The notes under the pieces are model-generated. The model ran no database searches, was not told the DNA's origin, and saw only the letters and a list, made by a program, of their open reading frames with translations. Position numbers and translations under genes: made by a program. DNA of 64,000 nucleotides from Azolla caroliniana (taxonomy: Eukaryota; Plantae; Polypodiophyta): the NCBI GenBank assembly GCA_043228905.1, contig JBHGNT010000022.1, positions 11,594,001 through 11,658,000 of the forward strand, written 5' to 3'. Shown piece after piece: positions 48,670-62,600 of this stretch (position 1 is the first letter of the stretch; every line of letters starts with the position of its first letter).

Positions 48670-49023
48670 AGATAAGGTTTTTTCACCCTAGCCCCGGCTC
48701 GCTCGGGTTCCCGTGCCTCGCGCCTTCTCTTTGCGAATGCCCTGTTACATGGACAAAAACTCGTTTCCAGACACCCCCCCCCCCCCCCCCCAATAGCTCT
48801 GTGGCTTGAATCCCCAGTTTCCTGGTTTTTTTTCGTTCCTTTTTTCTGAAGGTCAAACGCTTAGGTGGCCATCACCACTAGCTGGCATTGTTTTCTCCTT
48901 TCCTACTCCTCCTCCTCCTCCTCGCCTCTTGGACAAGTTGTATGCGCATTGTGGAGGTTGGGAGTTGTTACGATGTTTCAATTCCCTTTACAAAATCCTA
49001 TTGCCATCAATATTATACTAACT

Positions 49024-49078
<55 letters not shown>

Positions 49079-50967
49079 CTTTATCATGCTAAGCTTTGTC
49101 GTTTTCTCCCCCCCACCATGTTGCTATATAATAAAAGTCAAACGCCGTCAAGTAGCAATGCACCTATGTATCTATCTATCCTCTTCCAACTCAGAACAAA
49201 GGCTCGTACCTCCCTCCATTTCGCAATATGTACATGGAGTGGCTACGAAGACTCGGTAATAAAATTATTGAAAAGAAGATTTACATGGCCATCAAAATGC
49301 ATGCCTTTTTACCTCATGTTTGCTTTACAAAGCTGTGATTCTTCATTGTTTCCCAATACCGAGATCTTCCTGGTAACATCGTCATAATGTAAAATGGTAG
49401 TGTTCGGAAAACCGACATGTCCTAATCAAATGTCACAGAATGAAACCTTACACCTTGGTATCACACTCCAATTGTGACTCACCTCTTTACAACTAGCTTT
49501 TCTTAAGGACATAAGGATTCACCCAACTCCAAGACTTTTGAGGTGCTTTGTAAATTAAGCATGCATGACATATCCATGTGAGTTTCTCTTACATGAGCTT
49601 CTTACACTTTGGCAATACTATTGTATCCTCAATAATGCCTTCTCAAAAGCATTCCTCTTTGTATTAGAAAAATACAAATGGGAAAAGTACCTATTAGACA
49701 CTCAACGTGATGAGAAAGTGTATCACCATTATTTGATATGCTCTTTCTACGGATACAAGAGCACACGAATAGAGCATTAAAGGGAAGTGGCCGATGAGTG
49801 TGTAAATTGTTGCCTTAAAACTTTTAAACTCATTTTAGCTGTATACCAAGCTCAATTTGTTTGACAATAACGCGTGGCATAAGTTGGATGGGATGGTTTG
49901 CTTATTGTTTGTCACGTGGAAAAAATCATTTGTATCCACTCTGTCATGTGGGAAAAAAAAAATAGTTCCACATAGCCTTGGCAACAAAATCAATTAGCCA
50001 TCGACACATTTACCGAGGATTGAATTGCATGCCTTGAACCAACGTGTGTTGTGACACCTTGCAAAACCACATTAGGCATTTATACGCCCATCCCCAAGGT
50101 TGGTCAACATATGCTCATCACATATACAAAGTGGCAAAGAATCAGCTCGAGCTAGCGACGGATTGTTCTAGCAGGATGCATGCATGTCCATGGACTAGCC
50201 TAGTTCTTCTAGAACACATGCTCGAGGGTGAAAGTTGTTGTCCACGATGATGATAGGTATATAATATTTTGTTTGTCCGAGACACTTGGAAAGAGGGATA
50301 CCGGAGGCTAAAGGCTACACCCCCCTGTCGCCCCCCAAAGAGTCAAGTGGATAATGATGATATGTCGGGGTGGGGGGGGGGGGGGGCGACACAATCGTAG
50401 GCCATGATGTTAGTGATGATGTAAAGATGGTGATGTCCATGATGATGCAAAGATGAACAATGGTAATGATAATGATGATGATGATGGTGTGTGTATGTGA
50501 AAGAGAGAGAGAGAGAGTCAAGAGGCAAGTAGAAGAAGAGTGTAAAATTGTCGGTCTTTTTATTTTTAGTTGTTTTAGTAATAATAATAATAATGAGAGA
50601 AAGAGTGTTTTTAGAAAGGGTCAAAAAACTAACTTGTGTGGGACAAGCGTGACCCGCACGCTTTCTCAAAACACACACGTGTGTCAATTATTTGCATGCA
50701 ATCCATGCGTGCATGGCAAAGCTGACGAGTTTTTCTTTGCTTCTTTTCTTTTATTTTTTGCTTTATTTTATTTTATTATGACCATGTGGCAGCCACTTGA
50801 ATCGGATGGATAAACACACACACACATAGTGACTCTCTCAGTCACTAGTGATGAATCCCTTCTGCTTTTTGCTTTCCTTAGTTAGTTAAAAAGGCCACGT
50901 GGCAAATATCTGACAAGTGGCATCCCAACACATACGCACACTCGCGTGCACATGCGCACGAACACAC

Positions 50968-51018
<51 letters not shown>

Positions 51019-51359
51019 CCTCGTATGTTCGGCTCCGGTGGCTCGGATGGATCTTGGTTGACTTTATAAATATCTCGTGGCTCTTGATGATGCACCGCAC
51101 ACACATTTACACCTCCTATGGGTCAATATTGGCCGCTCTATGGATGCTAAAAAATAAATAAATCTATCTATCTATCCTGTTGATCTTTGTTTATATTTTA
51201 TACATCTAATCTATCTCGCATGTTGCGCTCTTCATTCACCCTTCTGTGTGCTCATTCGACTGATGACACGACACGTTAACTAACCCCCCCATATGTACAC
51301 CTTAACCTTGTTCGTCTCACTTTTCTCAATAGCGTGCATTCCCTATCTCTATCTCTATG

Positions 51360-51394
<35 letters not shown>

Positions 51395-54300
51395 TGTGTG
51401 TGTGTGTGTGCACATGTTGTTCCTTATGTTTATCCCTAGCTCGTGTGTTGTGTTGCACACTGTTTCATTAGAAACACGTTAACAACCCTCTCTCCGTCCA
51501 AGTTAAGGAGGTGTTGACTTTTTATATAGGCACATAACAATGAAATGCATTATCATTAATACACGACGCGGGGAGGGAATTCGCTATGATGTGCTCGTAT
51601 GTTTGATACAGACCATGTTAACAAAACCCCCCTACGTCCACGTTAAGACGGAGCTTGCTTGACTTTTTAATACACACATGAAGATGAGATGTATTCCAAT
51701 AATACATGAGATGAAGAGAGAATATGACTTCATTTATACTTATATTTTATACATAGACTCCTACTACCATCCTTCCATAAGGCTCCCAACCTCCTCCCAC
51801 TAGGGGTTGACTATTAAAAAGACAACTCAAAAAGGTGGAACTAAAATTGGAGAGGCCAATCACAAACAAAATGGAACTAAAGTAAGAACTCCAATAATTG
51901 ATCTCCTATTCAAGCTTCTCATGTAACGTGAGTTGTAGGCCTCAACCACACCTCAACCACGTCTCAACTTATTACAAACGAGGAAGGTCGTTACTTAGTA
52001 CGTGATCAAGTCTCATTGTTTAGTTCCAATTTTGATAGATTTCCTAATGTCACACTAACTACCGAATTTTCCCATTCATATTATCAGCTTCAAGTTGTGG
52101 AAATTTCATACTACGCGGCCTACTTTGTCTTTGTCATGACCTTTTCACTATTTTTGCTTTTACAACTTTCAAAACTTCATCCATAATGGTGTGCTTTGAA
52201 ACTTCACTTTTTCTTTGCAGTTATGTGAAAGCCACATTATCGTGTTCCACATGTGCATTGTGAACCAAACATAAGCATACGCCATCAAAACTTTGCCAAA
52301 TTCTTTTTCAAACATTTTGCTTTATCTACTGATGGGTGAACGTAATGTAACCACATAAAATGACACACCCTTCATTCTTTTCCTTTCTTTCCATAGATTT
52401 TGTATCTTTACCCAGTGACCATGTTTATTCATTCATTCCATCCCTCATTATCCCTATCCACTAAAATTATCCATGATATGCTAAGCCCATATATAATTAT
52501 GTGTCCCCCCCTTCAGCGCATATTATTTGCTTCCATGCGAGAGTGATTTCATAAGTACCCCAAAGCATTTGATTATGTCCACTACACACCATGCTCTTTT
52601 CTCAACCAAAGGGTGGAGACCACATAAGCACAATCTCATTTTCCCTTTCCACATTCTAGCACATGTGAAGCCAAACTAAGACTTCACCTCAATGACAACA
52701 ACCACAACCCCAACTATAAACTTTTTCGTCATGATGAGTGAAGATCATACATAAGCATGACTCATTCCTTTTACTCTCTTTTTTCCTTCCGAAAGATATT
52801 AATGACTTCAAACTGGACCCTATTTCAACGCCAAAGTCAAAGGTCAAGCTCAAAGAGAGTAATCATTCTACTTCGTACGAGATCATTTCTCTTGTTTGTG
52901 AGGACTATATTACCCCCAAACAAAGATGATGAAATTACACACAAATTTTCCAACTTGAAGCATGGAACAAATGTGGAATAAGTGAGTACATAACTTGTGT
53001 GGAGATTCAAACTTTGATAACTCAAAGATTTCTTTGTGTATCATTGTGAGTATGGGGTTATGTTGAGAAATTCAACGGATTATTTATTGTTCTTCTCTAG
53101 ATCGATTGAAAGTTAGTGCATCCTCATTAGAAATATTCTCAAAATCAAACCTATCTACTTCCATCCTTCAAAGGTTTTTAAAAGAATCTAGGGTTTTAAA
53201 ACCCGTCTACAAATTCTTGTCCTTGAAGTAGAAAACCTACATTTCAACTTGTTGAACACACACACACACACACACACACATAGAGAGAGAGAGAGAGAGA
53301 ATAGAATGATTAAAAATCGTTTTTTTGATGTTTTTATATTAATTTCAAGGAAACTTAGAGATGCCACAACCCCTTATTCCACCTCATAAGAAAGAAAGCA
53401 TTGATGTCATTAAAATGTCAAAGATGTCTTCCTTAAACCAAACATTTTATTTCTCCTCGATGATTTACATTCACAAATGCATCCAAACTACCTATAGTAT
53501 ATTCATTATTAAATCTATAGACTATGATTGGAGTGAAACTCTAGCCCAAGATATTTGAAGCTTTCTACTATTTTGAGTGGTTCATTATTGCACATAGTTC
53601 ATGGATTACTCTTAGTGGGAGTCTTTGACAAGGATAACTTTGTTGTTCTAGAGCCATTGATAGCCACCTTAATATGCATGCAAAAGCTTTGTAAGATACT
53701 TGTAGTTGTTAGCTTTTATGCATATTCTATAGCATTAATGAAAAGCTTCAATGATTTCTTTTGTACAAGAGCATCAATTTAGTAAACCACTCCCCAACTA
53801 CATTTTGGCTCAAATACTAAGGGATATTGTTCTTAAAGTTTGACCTTAACAAAATGGAAAATGGTGGTAAGTCACCAATTTGTTTTTCACTCTAAAAGAA
53901 TATTAAATTGAAACCTACATGTAGACAAAATAAGAGTCTTTGTAGTAGTCTTTGTAAGAGACCAAGAATATGAAAGAGAGAGAGAGAGAGGGAGGGAGAA
54001 AAGCCATACGCAAACATGCTATTAAGACTTTTCCACAATGGAGATATGCTTGTTGTCATGATATGTTTCTAAAGGATACGGTAAAGAGAAAATTGAAGGA
54101 GGAAATGTATTTTGCTTTTGTGGTCATTCTAATACAAGAGTTGGACGAAGTACACAAGATGCATGAGGTACTCTTTTAAGTTTTAAGGCAAGTGGTTCAC
54201 GCGTACATGCCAGGGATTCAAAAGCATGTGATTATGTGTGTGCAAGCACAAAATACATACATAAAATAGTTTAATAAGCCATTAATTCACCTAACCTAAC

Positions 54301-57300
54301 TATTTCTTTGCTACCTCCTCGCCTACTTTTCTTCTCAATATCCAATCATGAACAAACAAAAATGAGGATGAGTTTTTTTTTATATGTGCTAAACCCAACC
54401 TTGCAACCCAATCTTACCCATTGAGATTATTGATCTATCTTAAACTTTTCCTCGATCTCAAAATATTTCTTCAATATAATTGTTTTGGTCCATGATGCAT
54501 ACCGATGTATCTAAACCCTCCTAGGCCCACTTTGCATCATATGATCATGCACGTTGTATATTCACGACAACCTAATGTATGCCTCTTCGATAATAAAACT
54601 AGCATGTGCATACGTATGTATCATGTCATGGGTTTTCAAATGCGAGTCTCCTTTAATGTAATTTTTCAACTTCTAATTGTTCATAAAATAAGGAAAGCTA
54701 GCTAGAAAGTCATGTATTAAAAAGTGAACTATTCTTTGCAAAGCAACCAACTAGTGATTGCATTACCTCCCATACTCAAAGAGTTCACTCACAAGTAACT
54801 AGCCAAGTTGTTTAAGTCAACGACTATGAACAATCATGATTCATAACCTAATTCAATTGCATTTCTAGTGATGAAACTATAAAGCTTAAAAATTAAATAA
54901 AATGCTTGATTGAACTATGAATTTACTATCATACATGTGCCATGTCGGTTTTATCAAGATGCAAGAGAAATTAGAGAAGGGCAAATTCTAAAGACATTAT
55001 CGTGACAAAAAATATCATGAGTGCCCATGTATGTCAGATAATATCACTTAGACCCCTTGATTCTATCTCTCATTTTACAAAAACTACCCATGTCAAAAAA
55101 ATAGTGAAAAATATCTATGAGTACTATGTACATGGGGGTGGTATCCATTATACTCATGGTGTTTCTCACATTTTGACTACATTTTTTGTTAAACCTCAAC
55201 TTTAATAAAAGGGAAAAAGTCAAGGCAAAGCACCTAAAGTATTAGAGTGTTTTTTAAAAATGAGTACAACCATTGAGATTCTCATGTAGTTGAATTCAAT
55301 TTTAATTCCTAACTATGACACGACTTCTAACTAGATTAGCATGCAACTTGATTAGATCAAATAGTGTGATACAAGCTAATTAGACCACAAACTAATTAAT
55401 TACGATACAAAATAGTTAGAACAAACTAATTAGTTATGGTTGCAACATAGTTTTCTTATCACGCAACCTTAATCACACACTCCACATTTACTTTCTATCT
55501 TGAAAGCATACTTTTTTTTTTTTTTCCAAAAAAAGATACTACATTAGTATTAGAAAACCGCCATAAGGCTAAACATACAAGCTATACCGATCCCCTATAT
55601 TTTTCTAAAGTCTAACCATTGGCTTGAATAAACACTTTGGTGTTGAGTAGAACCACTCCACCTTACCAAAATACCGTCTATAAAATATACCTATGTCCCA
55701 AATGGCATGAAACTTTAATCTTGAAAGCATACTTTAATCTTTATGTAGTTGGGTTAGTGATTGTTTTGATATTGTGCGTAATACCAGGGGCATAATAGAC
55801 ATTCTCATATGTGAGGGGTATTTATGATATTTTTCCCAATAGTATTATTGCTACATCATCAATGTTGTGTGCCATAGTGGTTTTGGGTAGAAGCCTTCAT
55901 GTAACTCATTTCATTCAATTTTAAATGTGTTTCATACATTTATATACTCATATAAATAGTGCCTTGCTGACATAAAATCTAAAGCCACTAACCAACAATT
56001 TGACTACCTCAACCACATCCATGAGTTTCAATAGGTTTATTCTATAATAGTGCTGTGTGTTCTTGCTCTTTCTTTTTGTATAAATATGATTTAGCAACAC
56101 CGCCTTTTGATTCATGGCTTACAATGGTATTTTTCGAGATTCGAAAGGGCAAGGTTGAACATTATCCTAGACACAACCTCTTTCATCTTTCATTCCCTTT
56201 TTTTCTTGCAAAATAACAAATCAAGAGATGTATGTCAATGTTGCTCTTACCGCACACAAAAAACGTTTCATTTAGCAAAAACCTACTCATGACGCACTAG
56301 TTTTGTTTAGTTTTTATGAAGACTTTTGTGAAAATTTATTTCTTCAAGGATATATTTGCATAGATATATGTTTTATTCTTTGACATTAGTTTTGACTTTA
56401 CATATATTCATTGGGACATGTCTATGTGCATATGTCTAGTCAAATTCTCGTTTCCTTATCTATAGTGCTATAACATCAAATATGGATGTAGAGATTTATA
56501 ACATCGTAGATATTGGATAAGTGTTGCACATACTTGTTGTTATATACGTATATATCACAAACACCTCATTTGGAATGTATGCATTCAAGGATTGAGCGAG
56601 GGGTTGATAGAAAATGCTTTTTAAGATATCTTTATGCAATCCCCATAATATTCTAGATGACGCACAACCCACAAAATGCAGTTTTAATCATGATCAATAT
56701 GAGTGAAAATCATGCCTAGTACTCAACAAGAAACCTCACTGAGAGTGAAATCGCACAAAGCAATATTTATAGATGTTGCATTAGAAACATTAAAAAATAG
56801 GGCATAATCATGTATGCCAATGTTATACGAGCCACAACAAATAAACATGCACACACCCTCTCTCTAACTATTGTTATCTTTACGAACCCAAGAAAACCAT
56901 TACTTTTAATAATAGAACACCCCATCATACAACATTGTGGCACCAATACTCATGTAGGGCCTTTTTGTTGTTAATGTGAAAACTAACGAGTGAGCACTGA
57001 CATGTAACAATGTGGTATTAATGCATGCAAGTGTTAGACTGTAGTTTTGGTAGAAAGCAAGAGGCAACATAACGAAGCACAAAATGTAAATCAAAGGGCA
57101 ATAAACAAGAAGAGTATATGACACAATATACATGAAGATATGATGGCAAAGCTAATGCAAACTTTTATTGCAATTTACTCTTATGCACAAATTGTCACAA
57201 GATTTCTTCCTCAAAGGACCACAAAAAAACACACGCTCTTAGTCCTGCTTGCATATTTTATAAGTAAGATTGAAGGGTTCACATTGGATTGCTAGTTGGG

Positions 57301-57499
57301 CATTCCACTCACCCACTCAATGTCCATTTATTACAATAATTGCCCACCAAATGCCAACCTCATGGTTGAGATAAAATAGCTCATTGTGTTTTTTCAGTGA
57401 GCAAAATTAGCACCCTAAGTGTACATGCAATGACGTTCAATTCCCATCTCCCACTTATCGGAAATGAGAGAGTGATTTGCATCAATCAATAATGGTCAT

Positions 57500-57645
57500 T
57501 GTTGGGGCTTGTCCACTCAAGTGGAGCTCACAATATTGAGTCGGCTGAACGCCAAATAGGCTTAAGGCAAATTATATATATATATCTATATGTATATATA
57601 TATGTATGCCTTTTTCTTTTTGTATGTTTGTTTTGGGTGTGTGTC

Positions 57646-57698
<53 letters not shown>

Positions 57699-58519
57699 CA
57701 CAAATATAGACGTTGGACTACAAGAAGACAGAAAGTGAAAACAGAGAAAAGAAAAAGGGAGACAACGTGACCTATTTTTAACACAGAAAAACAGAAAAAC
57801 AGAAAAACAGAAAAACAGAAAAACAGAAAACAAAGTGAGAGAAAAACAGAGAATGGAGTGAGAGAAAAACAGAGAACGAAAGAGTGAGAGCAAGAGGAAG
57901 AGTGTTCTACCAAAGTGCAAAAGTGGAGACAGAGACCTACGAGGGGTTGTTCGTGCTATCAGAGAACCACGATTGAACAACAACTATCCTGTCTACTTTG
58001 CATCAGGTTTTTTCGTTTCATGTTTTTCTTGTTTCCATTTTTGTTAGTTTTTTTATCCACCCAGTTGGGTGAGGAATTGTAATCAAGGCTATTGCCTTAG
58101 CATATACATCCCTCTAGTCAAAGCTAGAGAGGTTGTATTCGTTTGTACTAAGAAAAATAATGAACTTGGTTTGAACTCGAAGGGGTTCCGTGGTTTTTCC
58201 CTATTTTGGGTTTTCCACGTTAAATTTTTTGGTGTACTCTCATTTTCTGTCTTGTGGTTTCATCTATTGTTTAATTTGTCTTGATTGAGTTGGTAGTCCA
58301 AATCATCTCGATTCGGATCCATATTCCTAACAAGCAGTATCAGAGCGAGGTTCATACCCTTTGCAAAGACTTGGAATATGATAGGAACTAGCGCGGAAGT
58401 ATTGCTCGGCCACAACCGAGTCTCAAATCACTCTATGAAGGACCAAACACAGAAATGGGAAATAGGTATGATGAATGCACGTACACAAAACAACGATAGA
58501 GAACACAGGATGTTTATGT
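57500..58519 (+). mobile_element. 5' end of an LTR retrotransposon (LTR ~57500-58332, degenerate iMet PBS), interrupted by the Ylt1-like element
   Basis: TGTTGGG...CCTAACA termini followed by AGCAGTATCAGAGC; U5-like GGGTTTTCCACGTTAAAT typical of Copia LTRs. Confidence 0.65.
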
Positions 58520-58749
58520 TGTCAAGGAAATCCTCGCGGATGCATGGAAGTCGGGCAGGACCACGAGGGTCTCGAACTGAGGAATTGAGGAAACGAGAAG
58601 GGAGCCGTTTGAGAATTGCGTAGGTCTTGGGATTGCGGGAAAGCAAGTAATGCTAGCGATCGAGAGAGGGTAAAAGAGTCGTGCGTAGACGCAGACACGG
58701 GCAAGACACTGAGAACAACGTTTGTTAGACAAAGAGGGTTTCTATTAAA

Positions 58750-59114
58750 CAACACAAGTGCACAGTGCGGTGGGTGATTACAGTCGGATTAGAGCCGGTG
58801 ATGGAGCGTGGAGCTTGGTAATCAACACAAGTGCACAGTGCGGTGGGTGATTACAGCCGGATCAAAGCCGGTGATGGAGCGTGGAGCTTGGTAATCAACA
58901 CAGGTGCACAATGCGGTGGGTGATTACAGTCGGATCAAAGCTGGCGATGGAGTGTGGAGCTTGGTAATCAACATAGGTGCATAGTGCGGTGGGTGATTAC
59001 AGTCGGATCAGAGCCGGTGATGGAGCATGGAGCTTGGTAATCAACACAGGTGCACAATGCGGTGGGTGATTACAGTCGGATCAGAGCCGATGATGGAGTG
59101 TGGAGCTTGGTAAT
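58750..59114. repeat. Tandem repeat 5 x 73 bp inside the LTR
   Basis: Unit CAACACAAGTGCACAGTGCGGTGGGTGATTACAGTCGGATCAGAGCCGGTGATGGAGCGTGGAGCTTGGTAAT. Confidence 0.95.
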
Positions 59115-59673
59115 AGCCAGACACAAAGGTGCGTTGGCACGCTGAAGGTCGATCCCCTAGCCGGGAGCACTGGGCGTCAGACGCGTGCAGGGGAAGCGCC
59201 TTCCGATGATCAGTTCTCCTCCTCTTTTCTGTATCTCCTCTCCTCTCCTCTCAATGGCCTCCTCAAGACAGTCGAAGGTCGCCCCCTTTATAGCACAAGG
59301 AGCGATTGTTACAAGCATTCATGACTCGTCGCTTTCCCTTCCTAGATCCTCTCCCCTCGTAACTCTCCCTACATATGCAATGTCTATTTCTTCATTAATG
59401 TCCTGACTACCTAGTACCCCTCTGTATACTCATGCCTAGTACTTTCCCTAGCTAATTCTCTTGAGGCGTGCACTCGCGTAAACTGGTGTTCCTGCGCGTT
59501 TCACCTTGTTTCTACCTATGGCTCGGAATCTTCACGACATCCACCCCCACCAAACCGCACATCCTCCGGTATGTGCTGGATAGTGAATTTAGTGGAGGAT
59601 TCCAGGCCATCGGTTACTCGTCCTCCTCTCCTGAGCTGGCGCTTCCGGCTCCCAGGTCCAATTCCTCCTCGTT

Positions 59674-62600
59674 TCATCTCATGAAGGCTTTTATCCGCTT
59701 CTTGGCCATCAGAGTCGTTATTCGCGTCCCGTCGAGCTCCGCGAGATGATACATGGCGTTGGTATTGACGCTATTTACCACGTACGGCCCGAACCATCGC
59801 TTCGCGAACTTGCGCGTAGACCTATGCTGGTTGTCGAGGCTGCTGTCGTGGACTAACACCCAGTTGCCCTCCTCGATCTTCCTTGGCCGGAGCTGGTGTG
59901 TTCGACCGAACCGGGCTTTGTTCCGGATCCTTGCTTCTCTCATCCTCGTCGTGGCTCGTTCCACGTCTTCCGGCCTTTGCTTGAGTTGCCGGATTCGTGC
60001 TGCTAGCAACTCTTCTCTGCTCATTTCGCTAGCCCAATCGATCGCTGCCCACGAGGCGATCGTCTGCTCTACTGGCATGATTGGTTTTTGTCCGTACATT
60101 AGTTTCGCCGGCATGTACCCTGTCACCGAGCTGTGGGTAGTTTTGTCCGCCCATAATGTGTACGGGAGCAACCTCCGCCAGTCGCCGACTCAACCCTGGC
60201 ACGCGCGTACAATGGCCTTTACGATCAGGCTGTGGCCCCGTTCAATCTTTCCGTTTGCCTCTGGGTTGTACGCCGTTGTGAGGGACAGTTTTACACCTAA
60301 CCGATTGAACAGTTCCTTGGCCTCTTCTGCGTTCAACTCTCCTCGGTCAGCCACAATTTTCCCCACGCACCCGTATCGGCATATGACATCCTCGATCAGA
60401 AACTTGCATATGGTCGCGGTGGTCTTGTTCGTTAGTGCTCGTCCCTCCACCTGGTTGGTTAGGTTCTCTCTAGCCAGCACTAGGTATCGCTTCTGACCTT
60501 CGCCCATCGGCATCGTAACTAAGTGAACCATCCATTTGAAGTGCACGGTCGGGGGATAAGTTGGGCGTAGTTCGTCGCGGTGTCGAACCACCGAGTGCAT
60601 TTGGCAACTTTCGCATGTGTCTGGACATGAAGTTGTGCACACTCTTGTACATGCATGGCCACCAATACTTTCCTTTTAGATTCTTGAATATACCCCATGT
60701 ACCCCGTTGTCCAGACCAAGGGCTCTTGTGGAACTCTGACATCAGCTTCTGTTGGTCATTTGCCCGCGCTATCACCCAAAGCGGTGCGTCGTTTTGCCTT
60801 TTTGGAACCCTTCAGATTTTTCCGTTCCGCAGGAAGTATCTGTATGCTTTCTTTCGGAGCTGTCCGGCCTCCTCCTTCGTCGAACTCATTCACGGGCGTA
60901 GCGCTTCACCCTTTTATCCTCACCTTTGCCGATTTGAAGAAGTCTGCGCCGACTTCTTCGCTCTCTGATACCATGCCGTCCTCATCCTCAAATCTTGCTC
61001 TAGAAATCATATCGGCCATGGCGGTGTCTTTACCCAAGATGTGTCGTATCTCCGGCCGGGTTCAAGGACTTGATGTACGCAATCCACTTGAGCATGGCCA
61101 GGTCGGGAGTTGCGCATCCGAAGACCATACCGAGAATCGGCAAGTAGTCCGTTTCGATAATTACTTCTGTCCCGATTAGGTAATCTTTGTTGACCTTAAC
61201 CGCCGAAACGATACCCCACAACTCACGCTTGACTTGGGCGTACCCTCGTTGTTGCTCACTTAGTACCTTCGCACCGAACCGGATAAGGAAGCACGAGCCG
61301 TCTTTGTCCTCTTGATTTACGACCCACCTGATCTCGGTCGGGCTGGTGTCCACAGTGATGTAGACCGGAGTTCCCGGTGTGTATTCCGCTTTGCGCAAAG
61401 CCGGTGCCGCGACAAGCGTTCGTTTTAGTTTCTGGACCGCCCTCGTATGTTCCTTTGTCCATTCGAATTTCCTGTTCTTCTTCAGCAGGCCGTAGAGTGG
61501 TTCGACGACATGCGCGTAATGAGGGATCCATATGTTGTAGAAGGCGCATGCTCCCAGGAACCGCCGGACCTCCGTGATGGATCCACACTCCTCCTTCATT
61601 GCCGAGATGGCCTCTACTTTGGTCGATGATGGCTTCCGGCCGTACGGCCCACATAGGTGGCCAACCACTAATATCTCCGGTTGTCCGAAAGCTGACTTTT
61701 CGCCCGAGAAGGTAAGCCACGCGCCCTCGAGCCTCTGTAGTATCTTCTCGCAGTCGGAGATGTGGTCCGCGACAAACCTTTGGCACTTGTCCGCGCCGAT
61801 TGACTCATCCTTAGCGTCTTCTGGATACCCTTTTATAGGGATGTCATCTAGGAAAGGCATGGTGATGTCTGGGATGCAGTCCCTCAGAATTTTGTTCATT
61901 GCGTTCACCATGTGTGCCACCGAGTTGGTTCCGCCCTGTGGTAGGGTACACATTCGAACTAGGCCGAGAGGGGTCTGCATCATTGTGATGTCCCAGCTCT
62001 CCACATCAAGCTGGAATTGGTCGTACTCCGAGTAAAGGTCTCCGATCGAGTATATGGACCTTCCGGCGAAGGCTTCAGCAAACTCGTCAATCGACGACCC
62101 GACTCTCGTATTGCGGATGGTCACTTTGTTGACCGGTTGTAAGTCCAGGATGAACCGCAACGTGTCTTTCTTCTTTTGTACCGTAAACCACCGGTTAGAA
62201 TAGGGGGCACTCGACGGTTCGAGGATGCCCAACTCCACTTTCGGCTTAAGAAGCTCCATCAACATCGGCATGTGAGATCTCAGTATTGGGATCGGCTTGA
62301 GACTCCATGGTATGTGTGGTACTGTAAAGATCACCATTGGCTCGACGATGGTCGGGTTGACACACCCGATCTCTCCCATGCCTCTCGAGCATTCCTCGGA
62401 ACTGGTCCTCTTCCGCCGGTAGTAGGAAGCCACCCCCACCGATCTTCAACTCTCGTAGCGTTTTGTCGTTGAAACGGTGTCCTGTGCCGGCCGGATTTCG
62501 TAGGCTTGGGTCAGTAGCGACCCCCTTTATTCGTTCCCAGTTGCCCTCCGGTAAGGGGGCTGTGACGGGTTTCACCTTCTGGTCCACATTCTTGTATTTT

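Noticed and set aside
47775-49260. Many ORFs with SLSLSL / RERERE / THTHTH translations
   Set aside because: Artefacts of (GA)n and (CA)n microsatellites
51800-53950. Possible decayed Gypsy integrase and hAT transposase (RWLSM) fragments
   Set aside because: Too degenerate to call without an HMM search
58750-59114. CRISPR-like 73-bp periodicity
   Set aside because: Whole units are near-identical tandem copies inside an LTR
60960-60975. PBS-like TGGTATCAGAG on the minus strand
   Set aside because: Lies within pol coding sequence with no adjacent LTR end; likely chance
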